Made by a program: the position numbers and the translations under genes
Shown here: piece by piece, positions 30,459 to 32,000 of the stretch
Position numbering within the stretch: position 1 is the stretch's first letter
Layout of the letters: the number at the start of each line of letters is the position of its first letter
The notes under the pieces: model-generated
What the model saw: the letters and a program-made list of their open reading frames with translations, nothing else
Databases searched by the model: none
What the model was told of the DNA's origin: nothing
From: Candidatus Heimdallarchaeota archaeon
Lineage (GTDB): Archaea; Asgardarchaeota; Heimdallarchaeia; Heimdallarchaeales; Heimdallarchaeaceae
Reading direction: 5' to 3'
Assembly: GCA_030668875.1 (NCBI GenBank)
Contig: DAOVER010000020.1
Location: 1 to 32,000, forward strand
DNA: 32,000 bases

Positions 30459-31706
30459 TTAGATATCAAAGAAATCATCAAGCTTTCTTTGAGTTTTTTT
30501 AAGTTCATATAGTCTAGACTTGTGTTTCCAGTAGTCAATAGGATATTTGAAGTAATTAGTAACAACTTCGAACGCTTTATCGATTGTATCTGCCTTGATG
30601 TATTTCTTCTTTAGAGCTGCCCTAGTGGCTACTCTAATAACCCAAACACCTAACGGGAATCTATACTCATCAGAGATTTCTCGTAGCACTATCACTTGAG
30701 CTTGTCGCTTAATTTTCAATAGATATTCTGTAGCTGCAAGTCTAGCTGAATAGTACGCTCCAGTAACATTAGAAGCATATGTGGTTCGACCAGAATAAGG
30801 TTCCCAATCGCCTAAACCAATGTCTTTACTACTAGGATTCATGAAAGCACCTCTGAACCAGGTTTCAACCATCTCAAATGCCCAGGAATCAGGAACGAAA
30901 ATTATCACAAATCTATTACCAAAGAAAGTATTTGTAAAAATTCTATACTCACCCAGTTCTTGGAATTTTTTAATCAAATCAACTTTTAGTTTTGATAGAA
31001 TGTCATCTGTAGCAGTGATTGACCATCTAGTTGGGACAAGTTTCCTATTTTTTTCTCTCCCTAACATTCCAGCTGAGAATATTCTGATAATGGTGCTAAC
31101 ATCAATCTTTTCTTTACCAAGATATTCTAAAGCATCAGCAGCTAATAAATCAGTATCATAATACGCTTTCTCTATCGAATTGATAGGAGATTGATTTTCA
31201 GTTATAACTAGTTTTCTAATCGGTGCTATTGGACCATGAGGATCTGATCGTTCATTAAGAGTAATCCTTGGGATAATATTTTTCTCTAATTCCACCTCAA
31301 CATCAACAGCTTTTCTTCCCAATAGAAGCTCCTGACTCTTTTGAATTATATCTGAATCCAGAGGGCGTTTAACATCGATCTTTGATCTTGTTCTAAGGAG
31401 AGAGATTCTCATCTTAACTATATCTTCTTGGGTTTTTGTTAGCCAATTATCGGAATTATCAATGACATTAGCTCCAATTCTATCTACTGTTAACATGGGT
31501 CCCGCATTAAGAGTTGGATATCCTGACCAACCTACAAAGAAAGAAGGAGGAGAAAAAGTATCGTCCAAGTTTGTTATTTTTGGTTTATCAATTGTATATT
31601 CATTGGACCACTTGTTAAGTAATGGACAAGTCTTCCTACCACAAAGCATTCTAGATGTTTTACAAACAACACAAAGGTCAAATTCTGTGGTAGAACTTGT
31701 TTCCAT
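30459..31706 (-). CDS. nreA: Archaeal DNA repair protein NreA (Nre family)
   Basis: N-terminal CxxC...LCGRKTCP, SPPSFFVG..GYP, LVPTRWSITATDD, and C-terminal PIP box QRKLDDFF (30468-30491). The start is ATG 31706 or TTG 31715. Confidence 0.92.
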   Translation of the reverse strand: METSSTTEFDLCVVCKTSRMLCGRKTCPLLNKWSNEYTIDKPKITNLDDTFSPPSFFVGWSGYPTLNAGPMLTVDRIGANVIDNSDNWLTKTQEDIVKMRISLLRTRSKIDVKRPLDSDIIQKSQELLLGRKAVDVEVELEKNIIPRITLNERSDPHGPIAPIRKLVITENQSPINSIEKAYYDTDLLAADALEYLGKEKIDVSTIIRIFSAGMLGREKNRKLVPTRWSITATDDILSKLKVDLIKKFQELGEYRIFTNTFFGNRFVIIFVPDSWAFEMVETWFRGAFMNPSSKDIGLGDWEPYSGRTTYASNVTGAYYSARLAATEYLLKIKRQAQVIVLREISDEYRFPLGVWVIRVATRAALKKKYIKADTIDKAFEVVTNYFKYPIDYWKHKSRLYELKKTQRKLDDFFDI

Positions 31707-31738
31707 TATAATCAAAAATAAAACAGTATTTTATTATT

Positions 31739-31762
31739 AAAAGCTGATGTATGAAGATATCT
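31739..31762 (-). repeat. Copy 2 of the direct repeat flanking nreA
   Basis: AAAAGCTGATGTATGAAGATATCT. On the minus strand it runs into TTTTAATA about 30 nt upstream of the nreA start. Confidence 0.7.
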
Positions 31763-31857
31763 ATTTTTGAAACACACTTCTTTTAGCAATTAATCTATTT
31801 TACCAATATTTTTTAGTCACTTGATAACACTAAAAAGGTGGAAAATTATTGTTTCTT

Positions 31858-32000
31858 ATGAAAAGTCCACCCTTATACCCCATTACATTCTTGAGAACAA
31901 ATAATATTAAGGAAACCAGACGTTTTTATGAGAACATCATGAACTTTCCAATAGCTTTAGAACAAAGTGGATGTTTTGTCTACAGAGTTGGAAATTACGG
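31858..32000 (+). CDS. VOC/glyoxalase family protein, 5' part (runs off the window)
   Basis: MKSPPLYPITFLRTNNIKETRRFYENIMNFPIALEQSGCFVYRVGNY matches the ITFL.T......FY...LG..L.L.Q..C..YR pattern. An in-frame TTG at 31849 with an AGGTG SD is an alternative start. Confidence 0.7.
   Translation, partial: MKSPPLYPITFLRTNNIKETRRFYENIMNFPIALEQSGCFVYRVGNY

Noticed and set aside
3899-31740. The many 60-120-aa ORFs nested antisense or out of frame inside long genes (e.g. 5268..5480, 7340..7684, 9422..9727, 25659..26018, 30820..31161)
   Set aside because: They are shadow ORFs of well-supported genes, with no independent motifs or SDs.
1-32000. CRISPR arrays, tRNA or rRNA genes
   Set aside because: No regularly spaced repeats and no GC-rich structured RNA segments were seen.

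Overview
AT-rich archaeal window. The evidence is GGTGA Shine-Dalgarno motifs before at least six genes, TTTATATA-type TATA boxes, and an NreA with a C-terminal PCNA-interacting box. An Asgard/Heimdallarchaeia-like origin is plausible but is only an inference from composition and gene style. The centre (4973-20230) is a self-contained acyl-chain biosynthetic cluster. It holds a biotin ligase, all three parts of a biotin-dependent acyl-CoA carboxylase (carboxyltransferase, BCCP, biotin carboxylase), an alpha/beta hydrolase, and a ~3350-aa iterative type I PKS/FAS. The domain order of the synthase is pseudo-ER, ER (FMN TIM barrel), KS1, AT, KS2, ACP, ACP, KR, DH, PPTase. Three features of it are unusual: both KS domains keep the Cys-His-His triad, both ACPs have Thr (GxDT) where the phosphopantetheine-accepting Ser should be, and an intact Sfp-type PPTase is fused at the C-terminus. 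An ACP-dependent fatty-acid/polyketide megasynthase with its own malonyl-CoA supply in an archaeon is the main result. The flanks contain surface proteins, a secreted-protein gene broken by an in-frame TAA, an unannotated 54-aa membrane protein, and an opine dehydrogenase plus B12-binding protein pair behind three back-to-back hairpins. They also contain YcaQ, TldD/PmbA, a DtxR-FeoA/feoB operon with a palindromic operator, and nreA bracketed by a repeated promoter-like sequence. No rRNA, tRNA, CRISPR array or mobile element was seen. All domain calls come from motif recognition by eye, and domain boundaries are approximate.
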